A stretch of 64,000 bases of DNA, from assembly GCA_039028615.1 (NCBI GenBank), contig JBCCHT010000031.1:1-64000 (forward strand). The letters run 5' to 3'. This DNA comes from Myxococcota bacterium. GTDB taxonomy: Bacteria; Myxococcota_A; Polyangia; Nannocystales; Nannocystaceae. Positions 8,849-17,787 of the stretch are shown here, in pieces. Made by a program: the position numbers and the translations under genes. The notes beneath the pieces were generated by a model. That model ran no database searches. It had not been told where the DNA came from and saw only the letters and a list, made by a program, of their open reading frames with translations. The stretch's first letter is position 1. The number at the start of each line of letters is the position of its first letter.

Positions 8849-9739
8849 CTACTCGTTGGACTCGAGCGCCTCGAGTCGGCTCTTGCTCGGCCCGGCGCGC
8901 ACCGACGACGGGAACTGGGACAGGAGCTTGCCCAGGGCCTTGCGCTCACCCGCCGGGTCCTCCAGCGCTCGGCTCGCGCGGGCGCTGCCCCACAGGGCTT
9001 CTTCGGCCAGGTTGCCGTTGGGGTCGTGTCGCAGATACGCCCGGAACATTCGACGCGCCTGGCCGGGCTTGTGCAAGTTCTTGAGCAACAGCTCGGCGGC
9101 GCTCATGCGGGCCACGGAGGCCTCGCGACTGCCCGGGTGGTCGCGCAAGATGGCGCGGTACTGGGTGACCGCGGTGGCGTGGGTCCCCGCGCTTCGGGAA
9201 CGGTTGGCTCGCTCGAGCATCGTGGCCGCGCTGAGGGTCTTGGTCGGGCTCGGGTCGGGCAGGGGCTCGACGCTCGGCTCGGGCTCGACGGCGGGCTCTG
9301 GCTCGGGCTCGACGGCGGGCTCTGGCTCTGGCTCGGCGACGGGCGGTGCCACGGCAGGCGTCGCCTTGGCCTTTGCGCTCGCGATGGGGGCCCGAGTGGA
9401 GGTGGTCTCGACGACGGCGGGAGTCGGCTCACTGGGCTCGCTCGTGGCCAGCGACACCGCGACCGCGCCTCCACCCGTGACGACCACCGACGCGAGCACG
9501 AGCTTGCTGACCAGACCCAGTCCTCCGGTCGTGGCCTTGGTCGCGGTGGCAGCCTTGGTCGCGGTGGCGGCCTTCGTGGCGGTGAGCGTGGCCGCGACGG
9601 CGACGGCACCCACCTGCCACTGACGCAGGCTCTCGCCTACGATCCGAGCGTTGATCTCGTCGTCGCCCGGCTGGGGAGCGGCGGCTGCGTCGACGCTGGG
9701 ACGCGCGGCATCGAAGAGCTGATCGAGTTCGTCGACCAT
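8849..9739 (-). CDS. Putative anti-sigma factor: short cytoplasmic N-terminus, TM helix, Pro/Glu linker, TPR domain
   Basis: 1-nt TGATG overlap with the ECF gene; TM LVLASVVVTGGGAVAVSLA; TPR-like YRAILRDHPGS, YLRHDPNG and LLSQFPSS. Confidence 0.7.
   Translation of the reverse strand: MVDELDQLFDAARPSVDAAAAPQPGDDEINARIVGESLRQWQVGAVAVAATLTATKAATATKAATATKATTGGLGLVSKLVLASVVVTGGGAVAVSLATSEPSEPTPAVVETTSTRAPIASAKAKATPAVAPPVAEPEPEPAVEPEPEPAVEPEPSVEPLPDPSPTKTLSAATMLERANRSRSAGTHATAVTQYRAILRDHPGSREASVARMSAAELLLKNLHKPGQARRMFRAYLRHDPNGNLAEEALWGSARASRALEDPAGERKALGKLLSQFPSSVRAGPSKSRLEALESNE
9276..9323. repeat. Exact 24-nt tandem duplication encoding EPAVEPEP
   Basis: GGCTCGGGCTCGACGGCGGGCTCT, two copies. 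Confidence 0.85.
9534..9587. repeat. 18-nt tandem repeat, three copies, encoding (A)ATATKA
   Basis: GCCTTGGTCGCGGTGGCA / GCCTTGGTCGCGGTGGCG / GCCTTCGTGGCGGTGAGC. Confidence 0.8.
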
Positions 9740-10410
9740 CAGCTCGCCTCGCTCTTTCTGGCCTCGTCGAAGGCCCCGTCCTCGGCCAGGGAGCGTGTCA
9801 GCGCCTCGCGGGCGAGCCGAACTCGGCTGCGCACGGTATTGACCGAGACGCCCGTCGCCTGGGCGACCTCGGCCGGCCGATAGCCCAGCATGTGTTGCAT
9901 GACCAACGCGACGGCCTGGTTCTCGGGCAGTCGAGCGATGTGGTCGCGCAGGCGCTCCGCTTGTTGCTCCGCGATGCCGAAGCTGGGCTCGACATGCGCC
10001 ACCGTCGCGTCGTCGTCGGCGAGACCCGCCGCTCGCTCGCCGTACTTCGTCCGCTTGGCGCGGTGGCGCAGGGCGACGCGCGTGGTGAGCCGCCGGGCGA
10101 AGGCGACGACCGCCTCGGGTTCGCGCAAGGCATCGATGCTCCGCGCCAGATCGACCATGGCTTCCTGGGCCGCATCCTCGGCGTCTTCGCGCTGGCCGAG
10201 GATCTGTCGGGTGGTGCCGAGGATGATCGGAGCCAGGCCTTCCAGGAGCTTCCTCATCGCCGTTGCGTCCCCGCGCTGAGCGCCGGGAACGTGCGAGGCG
10301 TGGTCGGACGAGGCCAAGGCGGTTCGGGAGGCTAGCACATGGAAATCGGTTTCCCTCGAGCCATACGCCGCCGACAACGGCATGCGCGCGAGGTAGAGGA
10401 TGGTCGCCAT
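9739..10410 (-). CDS. ECF sigma factor
   Basis: AQRGDATAM...DAEDAAQEAM (region 2); LGYRPAEVAQATGVSVNTVRSRVRLAR (region 4). Start is 10410 or 10383. Confidence 0.85.
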   Translation of the reverse strand: MATILYLARMPLSAAYGSRETDFHVLASRTALASSDHASHVPGAQRGDATAMRKLLEGLAPIILGTTRQILGQREDAEDAAQEAMVDLARSIDALREPEAVVAFARRLTTRVALRHRAKRTKYGERAAGLADDDATVAHVEPSFGIAEQQAERLRDHIARLPENQAVALVMQHMLGYRPAEVAQATGVSVNTVRSRVRLAREALTRSLAEDGAFDEARKSEAS

Positions 10411-10454
10411 TGCTCCAACGAAATAGGGGGGACCCTCGCCACCAAATCGATCAA
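10411..10454 (-). promoter_or_regulatory. Shared upstream motif, copy A (candidate ECF promoter)
   Basis: Minus-strand TTGATCGATTTGGTGGCGAGGGTCCCCCCTATTTCGTTGGAGCA directly precedes the ATG. It matches the copy at 15259-15302. Confidence 0.5.
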
Positions 10455-10519
10455 CTTTGGCTAGAATCAACGTGTCGATGCTCGGCTGGTCGCGAATCAC
10501 GGCCCCTACGCGGGGGTGG

Positions 10520-11578
10520 ATGCGTGTTCTCGGTCTCGCCTCCTTCGGTTGTTCGTTGGTGGTGGGCGCATGCACGACCCCGGCCGAGATCGGGAACAGT
10601 CGGGTCTCGGGCACCGCGACCACGGGCGAGGGCACGACCGCGGGCACGGGCATGGGCTCGAGCACGGGCGCGGACGAGGACTCGGGCCTGCTACCGGGCT
10701 GCCAGCAGTACGACATGCTGTTCGTCATCGACGATTCCGAGGGCATGGCCGCGGCGCACCATCGGCTGATCGATACTGCGCCCGACTTCATCCGTCGGCT
10801 CCGCAACATGACCGGGGTCAGCCCGGTCAACCTCATGGTGGTCGACACCAGCGGCGGCGAGCCTCCGGCGTCGTTGCCCGTGCACGAGTGTCAGGGCGCG
10901 GACTGCTGCGTGGCGATGTGCGAGCAGGGAGCCATCAAGCCCTACCCGTACTGCTCCGAGGACGGGGGGGCGATGCGCACCTGCGCAGAGTGGCGCCTGG
11001 AGGTCGAATTCGGCGAGTGCGACCGCTCGCTCGGGGCCGGGCGGACTTACAACGGTGGGGAGTTTCGCGACTGCAACGGGCTCGAGGGCAATCGCTATGC
11101 GGTGAGCGAGGACTCGCCGCTCGCGGGGCCCTTCGGGTGTTTGGGCAATGTGGGTGACGGAGGCAATCCCGACGAGCGGATCGCCGACGCCATGACGCGC
11201 GCGCTGCAGATGTCTCAGGCCGGCGATTGCAACGAGGGGTTCGTGCGGGACGACGCGGTCTTGCTCGTGGCGATCTTCACCAACGCGGCGATGACCGGTA
11301 GCCCGGCGGATCTCGAGGCGTGGCGCGAGGCTCTGGCCGCGGCCAAGGGCGGGGACGAGTCGAAGATCGTGGTACTGGGGATCTTCGGCGATGGCGATCT
11401 CCCGCAACCGGTATGCGAGGCGGACGAGGCCGTGAACGCGCCCCGGCTGCGGCAGTTCGTGGACAGCTATGGCGATCGCGGGGTCGCGTGCAGCGTGTGC
11501 TCGCTCGACTACTCGGACTGTCTCGACGAAGCGGGCGCTGCGATGACGGCCGCGTGCGAGGCCTTCGAAACGCCCTGA
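10520..11578 (+). CDS. Myxobacterial vWA-like Cys-rich lipoprotein
   Basis: Lipobox VGAC; Thr/Gly tether; DMLFVIDDSEGM (MIDAS-like); GFVRDDAVLLVAIFT; AAKGGDESKIVV. Confidence 0.75.
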   Translation: MRVLGLASFGCSLVVGACTTPAEIGNSRVSGTATTGEGTTAGTGMGSSTGADEDSGLLPGCQQYDMLFVIDDSEGMAAAHHRLIDTAPDFIRRLRNMTGVSPVNLMVVDTSGGEPPASLPVHECQGADCCVAMCEQGAIKPYPYCSEDGGAMRTCAEWRLEVEFGECDRSLGAGRTYNGGEFRDCNGLEGNRYAVSEDSPLAGPFGCLGNVGDGGNPDERIADAMTRALQMSQAGDCNEGFVRDDAVLLVAIFTNAAMTGSPADLEAWREALAAAKGGDESKIVVLGIFGDGDLPQPVCEADEAVNAPRLRQFVDSYGDRGVACSVCSLDYSDCLDEAGAAMTAACEAFETP

Positions 11579-11597
11579 CGCACGCTCGCGTGGTCGG

Positions 11598-12089
11598 TCA
11601 GGGCGCACCGCAGGCGAGCCACTCCGCGAGCATGACGCGCTCGTCGGAGGGGACGCCATCGATGGGCGGCATGGTGTCTTCGTCGGCCGCCCGCGCGTAG
11701 ATCCGCAGCAGCCACTGCTGCGTCAGCTCGTGGGTCTCGAAGTCGATGCCGACCGGTGCGCCCGCGCGCATGTCCTCGGGAATGTAGGAGCTATGGCATC
11801 CCGCGCACTGGCTGAGGATGAAACCCTGCCCAAAGCTCTCCCAGGTGATGCCGAGCTCGTCGTCGCACTCGAGGCCGGGAATGAAGGGATCGTCGACTGC
11901 CCCCGTGCTCGCCTCGGGTTCGTCCTCACCGGTCTCGGTGGCGGGCTCTTCTGCAGGCTCGGCTCCCGTGTCGCCGGATTCGCTGCCGAGCTCGTCCCCG
12001 AGGTCCTCCGGGTCTTCGTTGGTGCACGCGGTGCCGAGCAGCGCCGCGCACAGCAGTCCGAGCGTGAAGGGCCGAAGGCTCCTACGCAT
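11598..12089 (-). CDS. Small monoheme cytochrome c lipoprotein
   Basis: Lipobox-like GTAC; CAGCH heme motif; distal MPP; 8-nt overlap with the upstream gene. Confidence 0.75.
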   Translation of the reverse strand: MRRSLRPFTLGLLCAALLGTACTNEDPEDLGDELGSESGDTGAEPAEEPATETGEDEPEASTGAVDDPFIPGLECDDELGITWESFGQGFILSQCAGCHSSYIPEDMRAGAPVGIDFETHELTQQWLLRIYARAADEDTMPPIDGVPSDERVMLAEWLACGAP

Positions 12090-13359
12090 GAAAGCCTCGG
12101 CACGGGATGATGTCGGGCAGGTGGCGGCTGGGATCGATGCCGAACAGCTCCAGCACCCCCGCGAGCATGTACTCGTTGTTGAGGAGTTCGCCATTGTCGC
12201 TGGGCACGCCCGTCTGCAGGTCGACGGTGCGACCGGCGAAGGTCTCGTCGCTGCCCCCCACGATGGTGTTGCCCCGGATGCCGCAGCCGGCGATGAGGCT
12301 GCTGGTGAAGGGCCAGTGGTCCTTGCCGCCGTCGCCGTTGAGCAGGGGAGTGCGGCCCATCTCCGACACCAGCATGACCACGGTGTCGTCGATCAGCATG
12401 CCGCCGTAGCGGCTCGGCGTCGTCTCCAGCAGGCCCATGAGGAGCATGAGCCCGGCGAAGGTCTGATCGTACTGAGCGATCTGCTCGGTGTTGTCGTCGT
12501 GGGTGTCGAAGCTGCCGTCCGCGGTCATGTGGACCGCTCGGCTCACGCCGGCCGACAGGGCATTGACCGCGATCTCGGTCTGGGCCTCGAGCGTCTTGGC
12601 CGAGGTCATGTCGGCGAAGAAATCGGTGTACCCGGGCAGCTGATGGCCGCGGTCGAGGCCGAGCAGGTACGACTCGTTGATGCGGGCGTTGTAGCCGAGC
12701 GCGGCGCGTTCCTGGGCGTTGCGCTCGACCCGGCGCTCGACGAAGTCACGCACGAGCACCTCTTGCTCGGCGGACGAGAAGTGTCGCTCCCAGCTCGCGT
12801 TGCCCTCGGGGGGGCGGTAGGCGGAGCTGTCGATCACGAGGTTCTTGAGCTGGTTGCGCGCGCCCAGGTAGCCCATGTCGGCGCCGTAGGGCCCCGGGTA
12901 GGCGGTGCCGCCGATGTCGAGATACGGCATGGGGGCATCGTCGCTGAGGTCGTGCCCGATCATCGCGCCGATGTCCGGCTTGCTCGCGTTGCGGGTGCCG
13001 GTCAGCATGCGGGTGGTGCTGCTCGGGTGTGCGATCGACGGCACGTTGACGCCGTTGACCACGCTCGTGATCGAGCCGTAGCGGGCGAAGTACTCGGTGA
13101 CGTTGGGCCGGCCCTCGTCGAACCACAGCATGCCGTTGCCGAACGCAGACGCCTGGCCGACCCCGGTGTGGACGTAGCTGGAGTCGGGCTTGGGATCGAA
13201 AACGTAGGTCGGGTCCCAGCCGCCGCGGGCGAACATCAGCACGAAGTGTTTGGCGGGTCCCTTGGCCGCGTACGCGCGCGAGGGGTTGAGGAGCGACAGC
13301 GGGCCGAGGGCCCCGAGGGCGCCCATCGAGCCGAGAAAAGTCCTGCGGTTGAGCTTCAC
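12082..13359 (-). CDS. DUF1501-family Tat-exported protein
   Basis: GTG start; twin-arginine signal NRRTFL; motifs GGWD...FDPK, FDTH, SEMGRTP..N..GGKDHW. Confidence 0.85.
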   Translation of the reverse strand: MKLNRRTFLGSMGALGALGPLSLLNPSRAYAAKGPAKHFVLMFARGGWDPTYVFDPKPDSSYVHTGVGQASAFGNGMLWFDEGRPNVTEYFARYGSITSVVNGVNVPSIAHPSSTTRMLTGTRNASKPDIGAMIGHDLSDDAPMPYLDIGGTAYPGPYGADMGYLGARNQLKNLVIDSSAYRPPEGNASWERHFSSAEQEVLVRDFVERRVERNAQERAALGYNARINESYLLGLDRGHQLPGYTDFFADMTSAKTLEAQTEIAVNALSAGVSRAVHMTADGSFDTHDDNTEQIAQYDQTFAGLMLLMGLLETTPSRYGGMLIDDTVVMLVSEMGRTPLLNGDGGKDHWPFTSSLIAGCGIRGNTIVGGSDETFAGRTVDLQTGVPSDNGELLNNEYMLAGVLELFGIDPSRHLPDIIPCRGFHA

Positions 13360-13367
13360 GATGGACC

Positions 13368-15188
13368 TCAGTGGTAGGCGACGCGGAAGTCTTGGAACAA
13401 CGCCCCGAGCACGAGCTTCCAGGTCGTGGGCACGTCGTCGGTGGTGGAGTGGAGCGCGGTGAACAGCGCGTAGGTCTCGTCGATGGTCTCGGAGTCGGGC
13501 TCGACGTCCTCGGCGAGGATGCGCAGGTGGAGGAACGCGAGCTGCTCGCGAATCGCGGCTTCGTCGGTGGTGTCGGCCTCCACGTAGCGCAGCAGGGCGC
13601 GTTGGTCGGCTGCCTGAGCGAAGTCGCGGGCGGTCACCGCTCCCGCGGCCTCCGCCGCGAGTCCCCGGAGGAACACGCTCGCGTGGGCCGAGTACTGATG
13701 CACGGGCAGGACCTTGGTCTCGTTGTCGAGGCTGCCGCCGTGCACCTTGAAGCCGAAGTTGGCGTTGGTGGGTAGATCGATGATCGAGACGATGCCTTCG
13801 TTGGGGTTGCCCGCGGTGGCTCGCCAGGAGAAGCCGGTGAGGTCCTCGATCATGCGCTGCAGCTGCTCGGGGCGGGTCTGGAGGTAGCCGATGACGCCCT
13901 CCGCGACCTCTTCGTCGGTGGAGTGCGAGACGGCGAACCGATCGGCCAGCACGATCGCGCGCACCATCTCCTTGATGTTCATGCCGCTTTCGGTGAGCAC
14001 CCGCTGGGTCGCGGCGATGTCGGCGATGGGGATCGACTCGCGTCGGACCTGGGAGAAGTACGAGATGTAGCGCCGCGCGGTGCAGGCGGAGAAACGGTGG
14101 TCGTTGGCGATCAGCTCGCCCAGGTCGTCGAGGGTCTCGCCGCCGAGCCCGTAGTAGCCGTTGTCCCGGCCCGTCTTGTTGCGGTTGCTGCCGACTTCTT
14201 CGGGCTCCCAGGCCACCGACGGGAACAGGCCGAAGCCGGTCTGGCGGGGGAAGCCATCGAAGAAGCCGCCCAGGGGATCGAGCGTCTGGTGACAGGTGAC
14301 GCAGGTCGGATTGGTCAGGATCGCTTCTTCGACCGCGTCGTTCTCGGTCAGATCCACGCTGCCCAGCGGGATGTCGCGATCGCTGTAGCTGGTGCACAGC
14401 AGGGTCTCGGCCACCGCCGCCGCCGCTTCGCGGTGCGCATTGCGGTTCGACGACGCGTAACGCTTGATGAAGGCCCCGGACGAGATGATGCCTACGGCGG
14501 GGCGACCATCGGTGTAGCCCAGGCGCTGCCACTCGGGTCCGTCGGGATCGAAGCCATCCTCGATGCCCGCCCAAAAGCGAGGCCCGAGGTGCGTGCTCAT
14601 CGTGGTGTCCGACGTGACGATCTCGGTATAGGGCTGGTCGTTCATCACCACGTCGGCGATGAGCACCAGCGGCTCTTCGTAGTACATGCGGGTGTACTCG
14701 ACCCAGTGGATCGGGTCGACGTCGGCCGGGAGCTCGCCGTTGGGCGGGAGCTCCAGGCGCATCAGCAGCGTCTGGTTTTCGAGGTCGCGGATCGTCTCGC
14801 CAAACTCCGGGGACTCGAGATACTCGTCGACGAGCGACTCGATCACGTCCGGGTCTTGGGCGACCGCGGCCAGCTCTTCGAGGCTCGGGCGCGTGCCCTT
14901 GAGCGCCATGGCGATGCGGACGAGTCGGTCGGTGGGCGACAGCAGCTCGACCGAGTCGTCGAGCTCTTCGCCTTGCCCGTCTTCACCTCCGCCGTCGGCC
15001 GTGTCGTCGGCTCCGCCCGAGGCTTCTCCTGCACCCGAGGTCCCCGCGGAGTCTTGGCCCGCGCCGTCTCGCCCTTCGCCGCACGCTCCGGCCAGCGCCA
15101 GCGCGATCACGACGCTGGCCGACGTCCACGTCCTGCGCCTACGGAGTCCATGCGGTTCGTTTGCCGCGTCTTCGAATCGTGTCTTCAC
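13368..15188 (-). CDS. Heme-c-motif lipoprotein of the DUF1588/DUF1592 (PSD-like) type, usual partner of DUF1501
   Basis: GGAGG Shine-Dalgarno before GTG; lipobox AGAC; CVTCHQTLDPL; FSACTARR. Confidence 0.7.
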   Translation of the reverse strand: MKTRFEDAANEPHGLRRRRTWTSASVVIALALAGACGEGRDGAGQDSAGTSGAGEASGGADDTADGGGEDGQGEELDDSVELLSPTDRLVRIAMALKGTRPSLEELAAVAQDPDVIESLVDEYLESPEFGETIRDLENQTLLMRLELPPNGELPADVDPIHWVEYTRMYYEEPLVLIADVVMNDQPYTEIVTSDTTMSTHLGPRFWAGIEDGFDPDGPEWQRLGYTDGRPAVGIISSGAFIKRYASSNRNAHREAAAAVAETLLCTSYSDRDIPLGSVDLTENDAVEEAILTNPTCVTCHQTLDPLGGFFDGFPRQTGFGLFPSVAWEPEEVGSNRNKTGRDNGYYGLGGETLDDLGELIANDHRFSACTARRYISYFSQVRRESIPIADIAATQRVLTESGMNIKEMVRAIVLADRFAVSHSTDEEVAEGVIGYLQTRPEQLQRMIEDLTGFSWRATAGNPNEGIVSIIDLPTNANFGFKVHGGSLDNETKVLPVHQYSAHASVFLRGLAAEAAGAVTARDFAQAADQRALLRYVEADTTDEAAIREQLAFLHLRILAEDVEPDSETIDETYALFTALHSTTDDVPTTWKLVLGALFQDFRVAYH

Positions 15189-15258
15189 CCTCGACCTCCG
15201 TGATGTGCCTTGGTGCCTGCCGACCCCACCTGGGGGCTGGCGATCGTGGCGACATCCG

Positions 15259-15302
15259 TTGCTCGTCTGAGTGAGGGGAAGGCTCGCTGGCGAATCGATC
15301 AA
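15259..15302 (-). promoter_or_regulatory. Shared upstream motif, copy B (candidate ECF promoter)
   Basis: Minus-strand TTGATCGATTCGCCAGCGAGCCTTCCCCTCACTCAGACGAGCAA ends about 70 nt upstream of the GTG at 15188. Confidence 0.5.
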
Positions 15303-15397
15303 TCGAGGGGCAGAAAATCAGACTTCGTTTCGCGGCACCGCGCAGACCGTAGTCGTTGGCACGGCCGCGGCTCGAAATACGCGTCGATCGACCGTGA

Positions 15398-16762
15398 CTA
15401 GGTCCCGCTGACGCCTTCGATCACGAACAGGCGATCGAAACCGTCGAGGAACATGACCTCGCGCTGCCCGTTGTTGTCGCTGTCCACGGCGACGAGATCC
15501 ACCAGCGTATCGAGCTGGGAGAACCCACGGCACAGGACCCCGGTCTCGGTGCGGAGATAGATGTCGAGCCGCGAGTCCGCGTTGGCGACCACGATGTCGT
15601 CGAAGCCGTTGGAGTCGAGGTCGGCGACCACCATCGAGGTGGGGACGCCCTCGGCCCCGAAGGGCAGCTGCACGTCGAGCGGGTCGATGGCGATGGGGGT
15701 GACCGACGACCACGTCGCACCCGACTCGTCCTGGACCGAGGTCAGCGCGAGCAGCTGGACCCAGCCGAAGATCGCGGGATCGCGGGAGGCATCGAGATCG
15801 ATGACCGTGCCGACGAGTCCCGTGGCCGAGTCCATGAGGGTGCCGTTCGAGGTGGAGACGATGCCCACGCTGCCGTCGGAACTCGCGGTGCCGGCCCAGC
15901 CCACGTCGTGACCGGCGATGGCCACGGGGGCGATGCGGTCGATGCCGGGGTCGATGTCTTGGCTGAGCTGTTCGTCGAACAGCGGAGGCGAGTCGGACTC
16001 CCACAGGTCGAGCCCGTTGCTCTGCAGCACGAGCAGATCGGCCGGCCACGAGCCCCAGATCGCATCGCGTGGCTCGCCGGAGAGGACCTCGCTGGTCGAA
16101 TGCTCGATGCCGGTACCCGTGGAGTTGACGCGGGTGACGGAGTACGCAGGCCCACCCCGTTCGTCGGTGGTGAGCATGACCACCATGGCGCCCGCACCAC
16201 GCGTATCGATGAGATCGAAGACCTGGTCTCCGGGCAGGGGGTCGCCCAAGGTGCCCGTCGGGCTCAGCCCGGTGATGGTGTACAGCTGGTGGGCATCGTC
16301 GATCCCCACCAGGGTGTCGAAGACGCCGGGCGAGCGCGTGATGTGGCGCAGCGTGACCGCAAGCTCCTCCATGGAGAACTCGAACACGATGTCGTCGCCA
16401 CAGGGAGTCGGTACGTCGACCGGAGGGGGCACCCCGTCGACGCAGATGCCACCCACGCACATCTGGTTTTCCCCGCACTCGCTGTCGTCGAAGCAGTTGG
16501 GCTTCGAGCATCGCCACTGCGAGGGTTGCCCCGGGGCGGCTTCACAGCAGCCGGGAATGTTGGTGCAGACCCCGGCCGAGCACTCGCCACAGATGCCGCA
16601 ATCGAGGTCGTCGCAAGGATCGACGACGCCGTCGCTGCCGTCGGCCGAAGACGGGGGAGGCGGCGCAGTGGTCGAGCCGCTGCCGTCACCGACCACGGTG
16701 ATCGTGTTGCTCGTGCAGCCCGCGGCCAACAGCCCTACCCACGCGAGCGCTCCGCCCTTCAT
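15398..16762 (-). CDS. Cys-rich lipoprotein with C-terminal FG-GAP/VCBS-like repeats
   Basis: Lipobox AAGC; Cys-rich module; ADLDSNGFDDIVV and VDSDNNGQREVM. Confidence 0.75.
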   Translation of the reverse strand: MKGGALAWVGLLAAGCTSNTITVVGDGSGSTTAPPPPSSADGSDGVVDPCDDLDCGICGECSAGVCTNIPGCCEAAPGQPSQWRCSKPNCFDDSECGENQMCVGGICVDGVPPPVDVPTPCGDDIVFEFSMEELAVTLRHITRSPGVFDTLVGIDDAHQLYTITGLSPTGTLGDPLPGDQVFDLIDTRGAGAMVVMLTTDERGGPAYSVTRVNSTGTGIEHSTSEVLSGEPRDAIWGSWPADLLVLQSNGLDLWESDSPPLFDEQLSQDIDPGIDRIAPVAIAGHDVGWAGTASSDGSVGIVSTSNGTLMDSATGLVGTVIDLDASRDPAIFGWVQLLALTSVQDESGATWSSVTPIAIDPLDVQLPFGAEGVPTSMVVADLDSNGFDDIVVANADSRLDIYLRTETGVLCRGFSQLDTLVDLVAVDSDNNGQREVMFLDGFDRLFVIEGVSGT

Positions 16763-16769
16763 CCCGAGA

Positions 16770-17726
16770 TCATCGCACTTTTTCCGCTGCCTCACCGCGA
16801 TCTCGAAACCAGCGGACGGCGTCTTCGAGCGCGGTCTCGATCGTTCGGTACCCACCCAGCCCCAGCGCCACCCGGGCCTCTTCGCCCCCGTGGTGGGCCG
16901 AGCGGGGTAGCGACAGGTACGACGTGGTGAACGTCGTCAGCGGCGGCGTCTTGCCGAACATGCGGTACAGCGGCTCGATGACCACGGCGAGGGCGTTGGC
17001 CAGCCCCACCGGGATCGCCATCGGCCGTTTGCGCCCCGTGATCTCGGCCAGCGCGGCGAACAGATCGGGCGTGGTCCAGTACTCGGCATCGAGGATGTAG
17101 TCGCGGCCGGGCTCGCCTCGCTCGAGCGCTGCCACGTGCCCGGCGGCGGCGTCGTCGACGTGGATATAGCCCGAGCCACCTCCGACGACCGCGCGCATGG
17201 TGCCCGCGGTGAACGAGGCGATGGCCCGACCCATGGGGGTGGGCTTGCGATCCCACGGCCCGATCATCCCCGAGGGGTGCACGGCCACGACTTCCATTGC
17301 GTCCTCGGCCTCGCGGCGGGCGGCCTCGGCCCCGCGCCGTTTGGACGCGGCGTACGGGGTGGTCTGCCCGTACATCATCGCGACCGTACCCGTGTACACC
17401 GCCCGGCGGATGCCGGCCTGGCGCGCGGCTCGAAACACGGTGAGGCTGAGCTGCTCGTTGCTGCGATCGTAGTGATCGCGGGCGCGGTAGTACCGGCCGG
17501 CGGCTCCGGCGACGTGGCACAGCCCATCGCAGCCTCGCATGGACTCGCGCAGGGCATCGGGGTCGTCGAAGGTCCCCGTGATTACGTCGACGCCGGACAT
17601 CGACTCGAGGTCTCGGCGATCGGCGTTGGGGCGGGCGATGGCCACCACCTCGTGGTGGTAGGCCCGCAGGGATCGCACGACGGCCGAGCCCAGGAACCCG
17701 GTCCCTCCGGTCACGAAGACGCGCAT
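16770..17726 (-). CDS. NAD-dependent epimerase/dehydratase (extended SDR; HpnA/dihydroflavonol-reductase-like)
   Basis: MRVFVTGGTGFLG; catalytic YAASK; GPWDRKPTPMG; IHVDDAAAGH. Confidence 0.85.
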   Translation of the reverse strand: MRVFVTGGTGFLGSAVVRSLRAYHHEVVAIARPNADRRDLESMSGVDVITGTFDDPDALRESMRGCDGLCHVAGAAGRYYRARDHYDRSNEQLSLTVFRAARQAGIRRAVYTGTVAMMYGQTTPYAASKRRGAEAARREAEDAMEVVAVHPSGMIGPWDRKPTPMGRAIASFTAGTMRAVVGGGSGYIHVDDAAAGHVAALERGEPGRDYILDAEYWTTPDLFAALAEITGRKRPMAIPVGLANALAVVIEPLYRMFGKTPPLTTFTTSYLSLPRSAHHGGEEARVALGLGGYRTIETALEDAVRWFRDRGEAAEKVR

Positions 17727-17787
17727 GCGATCAAGCGTGCCGCATCGGCCACGAGATTGCTCGTCTCGTGGCCCTGAACCGGCGAAA

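Noticed and set aside
12082..14574. Apparent long N-terminal extensions in the ORF track (830 aa here; also 27716-29545, 30624-32828 and 9739-10848)
   Set aside because: The extensions are Arg/Pro-rich off-frame read-through over neighbouring genes. The real starts lie downstream, at signal peptides or domain boundaries.
15357..15372. TGGCAC-N7-GC sigma-54-like site
   Set aside because: It is on the plus strand pointing antisense into a minus-strand gene, lacks the TTGC, and is likely chance in GC-rich DNA.
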